DNA from: an uncultured Gammaproteobacteria bacterium
GTDB lineage: Bacteria > Patescibacteriota > Microgenomatia > CAZETR01 > Amesbacteraceae
Length of the DNA: 64,000 bases
NCBI GenBank assembly: GCA_964633995.1
Contig: CAZWKN010000004.1
Coordinates: forward strand, 1,260 to 65,259
Reading direction: 5' to 3'
Within the stretch, counting starts at the first letter, position 1, and each line of letters starts with the position of its first letter. The notes beneath the pieces were generated by a model. That model saw only the letters and a list, made by a program, of their open reading frames with translations. It was not told the DNA's origin and made no database searches. Of this stretch, positions 9,551-18,574 are shown piece by piece. Position numbers and translations under genes: made by a program.

Positions 9551-9668
9551 AGTAGAATCGTGGAATTCTTGAGGGGGTCTGACCTCAGTACGAGAGGACC
9601 AGGTTGGAGGTATCACTGGTGTGCCGGTTGTGACGTCAGTTGCAGCGCCGGGTAGCTAAATACCTACG

Positions 9669-9701
<33 letters not shown>

Positions 9702-9902
9702 CTACCCAAGATTAGGAATTCATTCCGTCGCAAGATGGAAAAAGACCCGGGGAAGACTACCCCGTATAAGAGGCAGGCAGTGTAAGCACAGCAATGTGTT
9801 TAGCTTACCTGTACTAATCGGTCTAATGGAGTAAACTTACTAAACCCTATTACTTATTGTTCTCTTCACTTTTCAGTTAGTTACTTGCAAAGAGCGCAGA
9901 GT

Positions 9903-10022
9903 TCTTAGGTCATTTGAGCGGCGTGGAACTACCTTTTTCCATTCCGAACAGAGCCGTAAAACGCGCCAGCGCTGAAAATAGCTAGGGGGCAACTCCTCGT
10001 GAAGATAGGTCATGGCCTAAGA
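9903..10022 (+). rRNA. rrf: 5S ribosomal RNA
   Basis: Helix I is TCTTAGGTCAT/ATGGCCTAAGA and the conserved CCGAAC...GAAGATAGG loop motifs are present. It lies 44 nt after the 23S 3' end. Confidence 0.85.
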
Positions 10023-10056
10023 ATTGTGCGCTTTTTTGGTGGGGTAAAATAGATTA

Positions 10057-10977
10057 ATGAAGTATGTTTTAGGGTTATTGATAGGATTGTTGATTGGTGC
10101 AAGTATTGTTTATTGGTGGCCGAGGAAGGTGGAAGTGCCTAGGCCAAAGGAATATCCTCTGCTGAAATATACGATAGAAAATTTGGGGAAGAGAACATAC
10201 GATTCGCAAATTGTATTGGACGATGAGATAAAAATGGGTGTATTTAAGTTTCACTTTTTAAGTGATGGGAAAAGAGTAAATGGTTTGGCGCATATACCGA
10301 CTGAGTGTGAAAAGTGCCCGGTTATAGTCCAATTTAGGGGATATGCGGACGTGGAAAATTACGAAAGTGGATATGGGACGGCGCATAGTGCGGAGGTCTT
10401 TGCTAAAGAGGGGTTTATTAGTTTGGCGCCGGATTTTTTGGGGTACGGGGGATCTGCTGGTCCGTCAGCTGATGTATTTGAAGCCAGGTTTGAAACCTAT
10501 ACAACGGCATTGAATCTATTGGCAGCAATTGATAAATGGCAAATGTCAAATGGTCAAATTGGGGTGTGGGGCCATAGTAATGGAGGGCAAATTGCTTTAA
10601 CAGCTCTGGAAGTAACAGGAAAAAATTATCCTACTGTATTGTGGGCGCCGGTGACTGCATCTTTTCCGTACTCGATATTGTATTTTGACGATGATGGAAA
10701 AAAATTACTGCGGCAAAAGTTGGCAAAGTTTGAGGAGGACTACGATACGGATTTGTTTTCGCTGACTAATTATTTAGATAGAATTTTTGCTCCGGTTTTA
10801 ATTCAACAAGGGACGGGAGATAGACAAGTGCCGTATGAATGGAATAGAGATTTGTTAACAAAACTCAAAACAGAGTATATAGAATATGCTGGGGCGGATC
10901 ATAATATGGTTCCGAGTTGGAATGAGGTGGTAAGAAAAGATATTGAATTTTTTAAACAACACTGGTATAAGTTATAG
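10057..10977 (+). CDS. alpha/beta-hydrolase (S9 prolyl-oligopeptidase/esterase-like) with N-terminal TM anchor
   Basis: Nucleophile elbow GHSNGG, with GTGDRQVP and ADHN supplying the acid and His. Confidence 0.7.
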   Translation: MKYVLGLLIGLLIGASIVYWWPRKVEVPRPKEYPLLKYTIENLGKRTYDSQIVLDDEIKMGVFKFHFLSDGKRVNGLAHIPTECEKCPVIVQFRGYADVENYESGYGTAHSAEVFAKEGFISLAPDFLGYGGSAGPSADVFEARFETYTTALNLLAAIDKWQMSNGQIGVWGHSNGGQIALTALEVTGKNYPTVLWAPVTASFPYSILYFDDDGKKLLRQKLAKFEEDYDTDLFSLTNYLDRIFAPVLIQQGTGDRQVPYEWNRDLLTKLKTEYIEYAGADHNMVPSWNEVVRKDIEFFKQHWYKL

Positions 10978-12579
10978 GTGCCGAAGTATGTTTTTGTTGT
11001 TGGTGGAGTAGTATCGGGCCTGGGAAAGGGGATTGTAAGTGCCTCCATAGGAATGCTTTTGAAGTCATGTGGATATAGGGTAAACATGATCAAGATAGAT
11101 CCGTATTTAAACGTAGATGCTGGAACTATGAGGCCTGCTGAGCATGGTGAGACGTTTGTGACTGGTAATGGGGGTGAGATCGATCAAGATTTGGGTAATT
11201 ATGAGAGGTTTTTGAATCAAGATTTCGGACGGGAAAATAATATTACGTCTGGGAAAATATTTAAAACAATTATTGAGCGGGAAAGGGCGATGGGTTATGA
11301 AGGCAGAGACGTAGAAATGATTCCCGATGTTCCAAACGAAGTAAAAAGGAGATTTTACGAGGCAGAAAAAGGCTTTGATTTTGTGATTGTAGAGGTGGGA
11401 GGAACAACGGGGGATATTGAGAACTTGCCGTTTTTGTATGCGGCCAGAGAGATGGGGAGAGAGCGAAAGTCGTTTTATGTAATGGTGGCCTATGTGCCAT
11501 TTTTGAAGAACGTAGGCGAACTTAAAACAAAACCTGCCCAGCATGCGATTTCATTATTAAGATCTACCGGCATAAATCCGGACATGTTGATTACCCGCTC
11601 TGAGGTTGAACTGGATGGACCTAGGAGAGAAACGCTGGCTAAGAGGTGTTTCTTGGATCAGGACATGATTATTGATGACCATGATATGAAATCAATTTAT
11701 AATGTGCCGTTGGAATTGGAAAAACAGGGAATAACAAAAAAAATACTAAAATCGTTTAAACTCACAAAAACTCCAAAGTTAACGGACTGGAAAAAATTTG
11801 TAAGTGGAACAAAGGATTTTAAAAAATCTGTAAAAATAGCGCTAGTTGGAAAATACGTAAAACATGGATCAGGAAATCACAAAGATGTTTATGTGTCAGT
11901 GTTGGAAGCTTTACGACATGCTGGTTCTAAGTTGAATGTGGGTATCGAAGTAGAAGCGATAGATGCAAATGACTTGGATGCCAAGGATTTGGCTGGTAAA
12001 GGATTTAGTGGAATTGTTGTGCCTCAGGGGTGGGGAAGTAGGGGGGTGGAAGGAAAAATCGCGGCGGTGAAGTTTGCTCGCGAGAAAAAGATTCCGTATT
12101 TGGGATTGTGCTTTGGGATGCAGATGGCGGTTGTTGAGTTTGCAAGAAATGTATGTGGGATGAAAGGAGCAAATTCTACGGAAGCAGATGCAAAGACGAA
12201 ATATCCGGTGGTGCACATAATGCCGGAGCAAGAAAAATATTTAAAGGAACATAACTATGGGGGGACGATTAGATTGGGAGCATGGCCGTGCAAAGTAAAA
12301 TTTGGGACGAGGTTAAGAGATATATACGGACAGGATGAAATAAGCGAAAGGCATAGACATAGATATGAGTTTAATAACGAATTTAGAGAAAAGTTGGAGA
12401 AATGCGGTTTAGTGATATCAGGAACAAGTCCGGATGGAAAATTGGTGGAGGCTGTTGAATTGCCCAAAAAAATACATCCATTTTTTGTGGGGACGCAATT
12501 TCATCCGGAGTATAAATCCAGACCGCTGGACCCACACCCGATATTTGTAGGTTTTATAGAAGCAACATTAAAAAAATGA
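10978..12579 (+). CDS. pyrG: CTP synthase
   Basis: N-terminal synthetase motif KYVFVVGGVVSGLGKG and a C-terminal glutaminase domain (GLCFGMQ, HPE). GTG start abuts the upstream stop. Confidence 0.95.
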   Translation: MPKYVFVVGGVVSGLGKGIVSASIGMLLKSCGYRVNMIKIDPYLNVDAGTMRPAEHGETFVTGNGGEIDQDLGNYERFLNQDFGRENNITSGKIFKTIIERERAMGYEGRDVEMIPDVPNEVKRRFYEAEKGFDFVIVEVGGTTGDIENLPFLYAAREMGRERKSFYVMVAYVPFLKNVGELKTKPAQHAISLLRSTGINPDMLITRSEVELDGPRRETLAKRCFLDQDMIIDDHDMKSIYNVPLELEKQGITKKILKSFKLTKTPKLTDWKKFVSGTKDFKKSVKIALVGKYVKHGSGNHKDVYVSVLEALRHAGSKLNVGIEVEAIDANDLDAKDLAGKGFSGIVVPQGWGSRGVEGKIAAVKFAREKKIPYLGLCFGMQMAVVEFARNVCGMKGANSTEADAKTKYPVVHIMPEQEKYLKEHNYGGTIRLGAWPCKVKFGTRLRDIYGQDEISERHRHRYEFNNEFREKLEKCGLVISGTSPDGKLVEAVELPKKIHPFFVGTQFHPEYKSRPLDPHPIFVGFIEATLKK

Positions 12580-13010
12580 AGCGACTTTCTGCTGAAAAAT
12601 TTAGGGAAATTTACTCGATGGTAACTCGGCTGTGTGTTGAAGTGTTGGTTGTTAAGGACGGTAAGCTGTTGTTGACCAAGAGGGCGATAGAACCATATCT
12701 GGGAATGTGGCATTTCCCGGGTGGAACGGTAATGTATGGGGAGTTGTTGGAGGAAACAGTTAGGCGAAAGGCAGCAGAGGAGTTGGGAATTGAGGTGGTG
12801 ATTGATAGAATGTTGGGATATTTGGAATATCCAGAAATGGCTAAATTGTCAGATGGGGGTTGGGCTATTGGCGTTGTATTTAAAACTAGGTGGATAAGTG
12901 GTGATATCAAGTTGAATAATGAAGCGGTCGAATTTGGTTGGTATGATACGGTGCCGGAAAATATGATAGCAGTACAATCTAATTTTATGAAGAAAAATGA
13001 ATGGAAATAG
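12576..13010 (+). CDS. NUDIX hydrolase
   Basis: Nudix box GGTVMYGELLEETVRRKAAEELGI. ATGA overlap with the pyrG stop. Confidence 0.8.
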   Translation: MKRLSAEKFREIYSMVTRLCVEVLVVKDGKLLLTKRAIEPYLGMWHFPGGTVMYGELLEETVRRKAAEELGIEVVIDRMLGYLEYPEMAKLSDGGWAIGVVFKTRWISGDIKLNNEAVEFGWYDTVPENMIAVQSNFMKKNEWK

Positions 13011-13299
13011 AGTTGGTTTTTTCCAGAAAGTCTATGGTATAGTAAAATCCATTCCCATGGGTGAGGTGATGACGTATGGGCAGGTGGCGAGAATATTGGG
13101 AACAAGGGATGCCAGGAGAGTGGGGCAGGCATTGCATGCCAATAAAGACAAAAATGTACCCTGTCATAGGGTTATTTTTGCAAATGGATCATTGGCGCCA
13201 AATTATGCTTTTGGAGGAGCTGAGGAGCAGAAAAAGAAATTGCTGGAAGAAGGAGTGCGATTTGAGGGCGACAAAGTGGATTTGAAAAGCTTGCACTGA
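12997..13299 (+). CDS. MGMT-family protein (methylated-DNA-protein-cysteine methyltransferase DNA-binding/active-site domain only)
   Basis: Active-site PCHRV motif with HTH. About 100 aa, a stand-alone Ogt C-terminal domain. Confidence 0.75.
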   Translation: MNGNRVGFFQKVYGIVKSIPMGEVMTYGQVARILGTRDARRVGQALHANKDKNVPCHRVIFANGSLAPNYAFGGAEEQKKKLLEEGVRFEGDKVDLKSLH

Positions 13300-13794
13300 G
13301 CGAAGTCGAAGTGGTCAAGATGGGGTCAAGATAAATATTAATTTCGATTTGATAATTAATGGATGAAATTTGAGGTGGTTAAATGTTTGGCTGGTCGGAA
13401 TTTAAAAGTTGAGGAAGTGGGTGGAATGTTGCCTCGTTTGGTGATAATGTTGGCACCTAGTGGATATGCGAATCCGGGTGATTTGCAATTTGCACGGTTC
13501 GAGAAGGCGATTGCTCTGGTTAGAGGTTGTTTTAGGGAGGGGTGTAAGAATACTGGTAATCATTGTGAAAGAGGTTTCTGGGAGGCAGATGAAAACAAGC
13601 AGTGAGTATGGGTGCTTGCTGGGGTTAGTTTATCGCTGTTTTGAAGTTCCTGTTGTAAGAAAACTAGAAGTTCCGGTTCCCGCAGCTAGAAATAGCTTGA
13701 AATCTCCCGACGTTTGGAGATATGGATGTCTGGGGTTGATGGTTCGAGCATTGGTAACCGTAAGACACTATTTAGAGAAAAAAGACCTTGGTGT

Positions 13795-14766
13795 TTAGTT
13801 TGTAAGTAGATATCCTTCACCCCGCTTGGTTTGGATGAAGGAGCCGGAGATGCCGGAGGCTTCGAGTTTATCACGGAGGCGTTGGATGGATTTGGAAATT
13901 GCATAAAGCGAAAAGTTGTTGGGGTCGGCGAGTTCATCAAAAGTAACGACGTTTGGAGAGCGGGATTTGAGAAGGTCAAAAAGCTTTTTTTCGGCGGAAG
14001 TGAGATTGGAAATTTTATGTTGAGTTGGGGAGATGGGAGGAGCGCCGATTTTTTGGAGGAATTTTTCTGATTGTTGAATTAGGGTGGCCTTTTGTTTGGT
14101 GCGAGTGGCGTTTAGAGTCTGTGAAATTGGGGGAAGCAATTTGGATAGGGGTGAGTAAGTGAGTAGCCAATCGACAATAATTTCTGACTCAGACCAGGTG
14201 CCAGAAAGATTGTCATAAACATCTTTTCGGGTGAGTGAAGTCAAAAGACATTCGACGAGGGCGGAGAGGTTTTGATCCTGGCGTAACCAGATAGTGATGT
14301 TGTGTGGCGGTTTGTTTACGACATTAAACGACCCGCCGGTACCAAAATTGGTGGGCCAGATATTAACGCTTTTGATGGTATTTTTTAGATGAGGAATAAG
14401 ACGGTAAATTTCGGCTCGTATTTTGGCTGAATTTTTTTGCCAGGCAATTTTGAGAAGATCTAAATTTGGAGTGGGGATTTGGGATGATTCGAGTAGTTTT
14501 TGGGTGGAGGTAATCAGATCTTCGGGGACGGTCATTTTTATGCTAGGGGTGGATTTGATATCTATTCTGGAACAATGGTCCCAAAATCTGGGGATAGATA
14601 AATAGGGGAGATTGGGAAGAAGAACGATCTGGTCAGAGATTATTTTTGTGTCGTATGGCAGGACAATAAAGCCATTAAGGCGATAAAAACCGTTGGCGAT
14701 ATTGTGGGCGGTGTGGATAATGCGTAGCGCCTCGGTGCGGGGAGAAAATTGCCAGGTTGTTTTCAT
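13795..14766 (-). CDS. winged-helix (OmpR/PhoB-type trans_reg_C) DNA-binding protein with unknown N-terminal domain
   Basis: C-terminal LTSAEKKLFDLLKSRSPNVVTFDELA...IQRLRDKLE...KRGEGYLL matches the OmpR C-terminal wHTH. No receiver domain. Confidence 0.6.
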   Translation of the reverse strand: MKTTWQFSPRTEALRIIHTAHNIANGFYRLNGFIVLPYDTKIISDQIVLLPNLPYLSIPRFWDHCSRIDIKSTPSIKMTVPEDLITSTQKLLESSQIPTPNLDLLKIAWQKNSAKIRAEIYRLIPHLKNTIKSVNIWPTNFGTGGSFNVVNKPPHNITIWLRQDQNLSALVECLLTSLTRKDVYDNLSGTWSESEIIVDWLLTYSPLSKLLPPISQTLNATRTKQKATLIQQSEKFLQKIGAPPISPTQHKISNLTSAEKKLFDLLKSRSPNVVTFDELADPNNFSLYAISKSIQRLRDKLEASGISGSFIQTKRGEGYLLTN

Positions 14767-14844
14767 TGGTGAATTATAGCCTGTAGTAATTACGAGTCAA
14801 GATTGGTCAAGATATGCTTGGAGTGAATTGTATATTTATGGTTT

Positions 14845-15069
14845 ATGACAACAGGAGAACCCCCCGAAGGAGATGGTTTTGAATATTTGGTATTTGGTAT
14901 CCCCATTGGAATGTTGCTAGCAGCGGGTTTGATAGGTTTGGCCACAGATGTGTTTGGAACCCTGGATATTTTGAGTGTTGGATGTTTGGGTGTTGCGCCT
15001 GTTTGTTTAACGCCTGTCATATTGGCAATTGGAAATTCTTGGGTAAAAAAACACATTTTTTATGATTGA
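14845..15069 (+). CDS. small hydrophobic protein (74 aa)
   Basis: Two predicted TM helices. Preferred over the overlapping antisense low-complexity ORF 14790..15056. Confidence 0.3.
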   Translation: MTTGEPPEGDGFEYLVFGIPIGMLLAAGLIGLATDVFGTLDILSVGCLGVAPVCLTPVILAIGNSWVKKHIFYD

Positions 15070-15092
15070 AACAGTTTGTAGGTCGTGCTTGT

Positions 15093-15197
15093 GGAATTTT
15101 GGCGGTGGTGGGTGCTTTTGATAGGGCTAATGAGGGTAGGATATAGAGATGTGTCGGTGTATAATGGGGCATTATTTCAAAAAAAGGTGGAGATGAC
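15093..15197 (+). promoter_or_regulatory. copy 1 of a duplicated roughly 100-bp promoter/leader module (extended -10 TGTATAAT at 15158-15165 plus RBS)
   Basis: Shares 31 identical nt (ggaattttggcggtggtgggtgcttttgatag) and then about 75% identity with 15897-16002, including gGTGTATAATGGGG and the ...tttcaaa.aaagg.gga.atga leader. Confidence 0.5.
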
Positions 15198-15539
15198 ATG
15201 GAGCCAGATCTGGTAAATACGTTTCTTTTTGGCAGTTTTACCACTAATGTTGAGAAAGACAATGGGGGTGTTTATTATGTTGCTCCTCGAAGAGAAGGAG
15301 GGCTTTTGGAAATTGCCGGGGTGTTGGGGGTCGTTTCAATTGGATTATTAGCTAGCGGCGTAATAATTAAATTGGGGTTCGAATTACTTTCGGAGTTGCC
15401 TGAACGTTTCCCGTGGATTTATAGGGATGTAAGAACAAGTTTGGGATTGGTTTGTTTGGGGTCAGTCGCTTTATTTGGTGGAGTATCGTTGGCATATATG
15501 AAAATTGAAGAAACTTTCAACAATTGGATTAAAAGGTGA
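15198..15539 (+). CDS. hypothetical membrane protein (113 aa)
   Basis: ORF directly after promoter module copy 1, with 2-3 hydrophobic helices. Confidence 0.45.
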   Translation: MEPDLVNTFLFGSFTTNVEKDNGGVYYVAPRREGGLLEIAGVLGVVSIGLLASGVIIKLGFELLSELPERFPWIYRDVRTSLGLVCLGSVALFGGVSLAYMKIEETFNNWIKR

Positions 15540-15599
15540 ATTTACCGGTGTATTATTTTTTTCTTCATAATATAAGAAAACAGTGATAGAATTCCGGAC

Positions 15600-15950
15600 A
15601 TGGCAAGCGATGAAAATTTGTCTCCTTGTGGTTATGTAGTTGGTCCAGATGGAACATTTTTACTTACTGGTGAAATGTTACAAGTGTTTTTTTGGAAAGA
15701 AAGATTAAATTATTCTGTGTTTTTGTATCGTGGCGGTGGTGAGCAGTCAGATGTGGCAATGAGAATGGGAGTTGTGGGTTTGAACAGCCTATGTGCCACG
15801 ATTTGGGGTTCAGTAGGTTTTAGAGGAGTGGCGGTTTCTAGTGATGTTATTGGTATCGGGCATGGTGAGGTCTTGCAGATTAATACTTTTGCTTTTGGGA
15901 TTTTGGCGGTGGTGGGTGCTTTTGATAGAAATAAAGAAGGTAGAGCTTAG
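15600..15950 (+). CDS. hypothetical protein (116 aa)
   Basis: ORF whose 3' end runs into promoter module copy 2. Confidence 0.4.
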   Translation: MASDENLSPCGYVVGPDGTFLLTGEMLQVFFWKERLNYSVFLYRGGGEQSDVAMRMGVVGLNSLCATIWGSVGFRGVAVSSDVIGIGHGEVLQINTFAFGILAVVGAFDRNKEGRA

Positions 15951-16002
15951 GGAAAGATTGGTGTATAATGGGGTATCTTTCAAAGAAAGGCGGAAATGAA
16001 GT
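15897..16002 (+). promoter_or_regulatory. copy 2 of the duplicated promoter/leader module (TGTATAAT at 15962-15969) driving rpsA
   Basis: See copy 1. It ends at the TTG start of rpsA. Confidence 0.5.
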
Positions 16003-17124
16003 TTGGCTACAAAGACAAAGAAAACAGATAAAGTAACGGTTGAGTCCCCACAGTCGATGGATCAGTTGATGAAGTCGGTGGGGTATACGTTTAAAGGATT
16101 TAAGCGGGGGGAGCAGGTAGTTGGGAAAGTAGTAGAAGTAACTAGTAGGACGGTATATATAGATATCGGTGGTAAGGCAGAGGCGATAGTATCGGAAAAA
16201 GAATACGAAATGGCCAAGGATTATTTTAGAGCCATGAAGCCGGGTGATGAGGTGACCGGAACAGTGCTTATTACTGAAAACGATGCCGGACAGGTGATAT
16301 TGTCTTTGCGGCGAGCTGCGTCAGACAATAAATGGAAGGCATTTGAGCAGGCGTTGGCAGACGATAGCCCAATTGCTGTAAAGGGTAAAGAAGTTACTAA
16401 AGGAGGATTGTTGGTTGAGATAGATGGGGTATTTGGATTTATACCTTCTTCACAATTGGGGCATGAAGCAGACGCGGATTCTTCGGCGCTTATTGGTAAG
16501 ACAATTATGGTAAAGGTTATCGAGGTTGACAGGTCGATGAATAGGTTGGTATTGTCAGAAAGGGCCGTGTCTGAAGCCGCTGATATAGAAAAACGAAAGA
16601 CTGCCCTAACAGCTGTAAAGGTTGGTGGAGAGTATGAGGGAACAGTGGTAGGCATGGTGCCGTTTGGAGCATTTATTGAAATTAGTGTGGGTAAAGGTGC
16701 GAAGGTTCAGGGTTTGGAAGGACTAGTACATATCTCCGAGATTACTTGGGACAAGGTGGACGATGTGAGTAAAGTCTTAAAAGAAGGTGAAAAAGTAAAA
16801 GTTCAAGTTATAGGAATTGACGAGGAAAACGGTAAGTTGGCACTGTCTATGAAAAGGTTGTCTTCAGATCCTTGGCTAATTGCTATATCCAAATACAATG
16901 TGGATTCAAAACACAGGGGTGTGGTTTCAAAGATAGTTCCTTATGGTATTTTGGTCAAGCTGGAACGAGGGATTGAGGGATTGATTCATGCATCCAAGAT
17001 GCCGGTTGATAAAGCATTTAAAGAGGGTGATGAAGTGGATGTCTTTGTGGAGTCGGTTGATTTGGATAAACGAAGGCTATCTTTGGGGGTGGTATTAACT
17101 ACAGTCCCGGTGGGATATAAATAA
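16003..17124 (+). CDS. rpsA: 30S ribosomal protein S1 (short, 4 S1 domains)
   Basis: Repeated S1 OB-fold motifs (GKVVEVTSRTVYIDIGGKAEAIV, GTVVGMVPFGAFIEI, GVVSKIVPYGILVKL). TTG start. Confidence 0.85.
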   Translation: MATKTKKTDKVTVESPQSMDQLMKSVGYTFKGFKRGEQVVGKVVEVTSRTVYIDIGGKAEAIVSEKEYEMAKDYFRAMKPGDEVTGTVLITENDAGQVILSLRRAASDNKWKAFEQALADDSPIAVKGKEVTKGGLLVEIDGVFGFIPSSQLGHEADADSSALIGKTIMVKVIEVDRSMNRLVLSERAVSEAADIEKRKTALTAVKVGGEYEGTVVGMVPFGAFIEISVGKGAKVQGLEGLVHISEITWDKVDDVSKVLKEGEKVKVQVIGIDEENGKLALSMKRLSSDPWLIAISKYNVDSKHRGVVSKIVPYGILVKLERGIEGLIHASKMPVDKAFKEGDEVDVFVESVDLDKRRLSLGVVLTTVPVGYK

Positions 17125-17166
17125 GTGTTGAAGAGCAGGAGAGTAGAAGAGTATAAGTAGTATCTA

Positions 17167-18444
17167 ATGACAAAAATACGGTCTAGTTATGTGTGTCAGC
17201 AGTGTGGGTATGTCCAGAGCCAGTGGAGTGGTAAGTGTCCCGAGTGTGATACGTGGAATTCGTTAGTAGAAACAGTTGCAGAAATCGCAAATCGCAAATC
17301 GCAAATCGCAAATAAGTCAAAAATATATCAACTATCTGATATAAAAATTGACGAGAAGAAGAGGATAAAGACGGGGATTGAAGAATTGGATAGTGTAATG
17401 GGGGGCGGATTGGTGGCTGGAATGGTGGTGCTGATTGCAGGAGAACCGGGAATTGGAAAAAGTACGTTGTTGACTCAAATAGGAAATGGGTCATTATATG
17501 TTTGCGGCGAAGAAAGTGCGTCTCAGGTGGCTTTGAGAGCGAAACGATTAAGCTTAAAAGGAGAAATGGATTTGTTGGAATCGACTGATGTGGATGAAAT
17601 CGTAAATAAGATGGATGGGGCTAAATTTGTGATAGTGGACTCGGTCCAGACATTAACGACCTCGGATTTGACGGGGACGGCTGGAAGTGTGGGTCAGGTG
17701 AGGGAGTGTGCAGCTAGATTGACTATGGCGGCAAAGAGACTAAATATCCCGCTGTTTATGGTCGGGCATGTAACTAAGGAAGGTAATATTGCAGGGCCCA
17801 TGGTGCTAATGCATGTAGTTGATACCGTATTGTGGTTTGAAGGTGAGCGGGGGCAGACATTGAGACTGATTAGGGCGGTAAAAAATAGATTTGGGCCCAC
17901 AGATGAAGTGGGGGTGTTTGAGATGAAAGAAGCTGGGCTTGTGGGGGTGAGTAATCCATCAGAACTAATGCTTGAAGAGCGGGTAAAAAACGTGCCGGGA
18001 AGTGTTGTGTCTGTAGTGTTGGAAGGCTCACGGCCAATGCTTATAGAAATTCAAGCTTTGGTTGTATCGAGTCAGTTGGCAATTCCCCGACGAGTGGGGA
18101 CTGGGTTGGATATGGCGAGATTGCAAATGTTGATTGCGGTGCTTATGAAAAGGGCCGGCTTGCAACTGGGGAGCGAGGATATTTTTGTGAATGTGACTGG
18201 GGGGATAAGGTTGGCAGATAGGGGAATAGATTTGGCTGTTTGTTTGGCAGTGGCCTCAAGTTTTTTAAACAAGAGTTTGGCTGGGGATATTGCCGCTGTG
18301 GGAGAAGTGGGATTGTTGGGAGAGGTGCGTAAGGTGACGGGATTAGAAAGGCGGGTTAAGGAGGCTAAGAAGTTGGGGTATAGAGTGGCTTCGGCAGAGT
18401 CGGGTAAGAGTGTGTCGGCGGCGATAAAAAAACTCCTAAACTAG
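17167..18444 (+). CDS. radA: DNA repair protein RadA/Sms
   Basis: N-terminal C4 zinc finger CQQCGY...CPEC, Walker A GEPGIGKSTLL, KNRFG motif and a C-terminal Lon-protease-like domain. Confidence 0.95.
   Translation: MTKIRSSYVCQQCGYVQSQWSGKCPECDTWNSLVETVAEIANRKSQIANKSKIYQLSDIKIDEKKRIKTGIEELDSVMGGGLVAGMVVLIAGEPGIGKSTLLTQIGNGSLYVCGEESASQVALRAKRLSLKGEMDLLESTDVDEIVNKMDGAKFVIVDSVQTLTTSDLTGTAGSVGQVRECAARLTMAAKRLNIPLFMVGHVTKEGNIAGPMVLMHVVDTVLWFEGERGQTLRLIRAVKNRFGPTDEVGVFEMKEAGLVGVSNPSELMLEERVKNVPGSVVSVVLEGSRPMLIEIQALVVSSQLAIPRRVGTGLDMARLQMLIAVLMKRAGLQLGSEDIFVNVTGGIRLADRGIDLAVCLAVASSFLNKSLAGDIAAVGEVGLLGEVRKVTGLERRVKEAKKLGYRVASAESGKSVSAAIKKLLN
17274..17312. repeat. degenerate heptanucleotide tandem array (aaatcgc x4-5) inside radA linker
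   Basis: gaaatcgc aaatcgc aaatcgc aaatcgc aaataag encodes EIANRKSQIANKS between the zinc finger and the ATPase. Confidence 0.9.
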
Positions 18445-18457
18445 GTTTTTCCTCAGG

Positions 18458-18574
18458 TTATCCACAGGCGAAAAGTGCAAAGTGTTAAGTGCAAAGTGCT
18501 AATACTAGTTATCCACAATGGGCTGTGTTATGCGGCAAATTAGGTATATTTGTATGCTATAGGTCTGTGGATAA
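18458..18574. promoter_or_regulatory. cluster of three perfect DnaA boxes (TTATCCACA at 18458-18466 and 18509-18517, TGTGGATAA at 18566-18574)
   Basis: Exact 9-mer consensus three times within 117 bp. About 0.5 occurrences are expected by chance in the whole window. The boxes flank the heptamer array 18471-18498. Confidence 0.5.
18471..18498. repeat. heptamer tandem array (aaagtgc aaagtgt taagtgc aaagtgc), intergenic
   Basis: Four 7-nt units. Lies between two DnaA boxes. Confidence 0.85.

Noticed and set aside
10023-10040. T-run after 5S as an rRNA operon terminator
   Set aside because: A T6 tract is present, but no convincing independent GC hairpin precedes it.
13363-13798. Two overlapping plus-strand ORFs in the 495-bp convergent spacer between the MGMT gene and the OmpR-like gene
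   Set aside because: No RBS, no motifs, and mutually overlapping frames. Not called. The spacer may instead hold an sRNA or terminators (a period-10 repeat ggtcaagat(g/a) at 13316-13335 was noted).
14790-15056. 88-aa minus-strand ORF
   Set aside because: Low-complexity. It conflicts with the plus-strand small membrane ORF and sits on top of the divergent promoter region.
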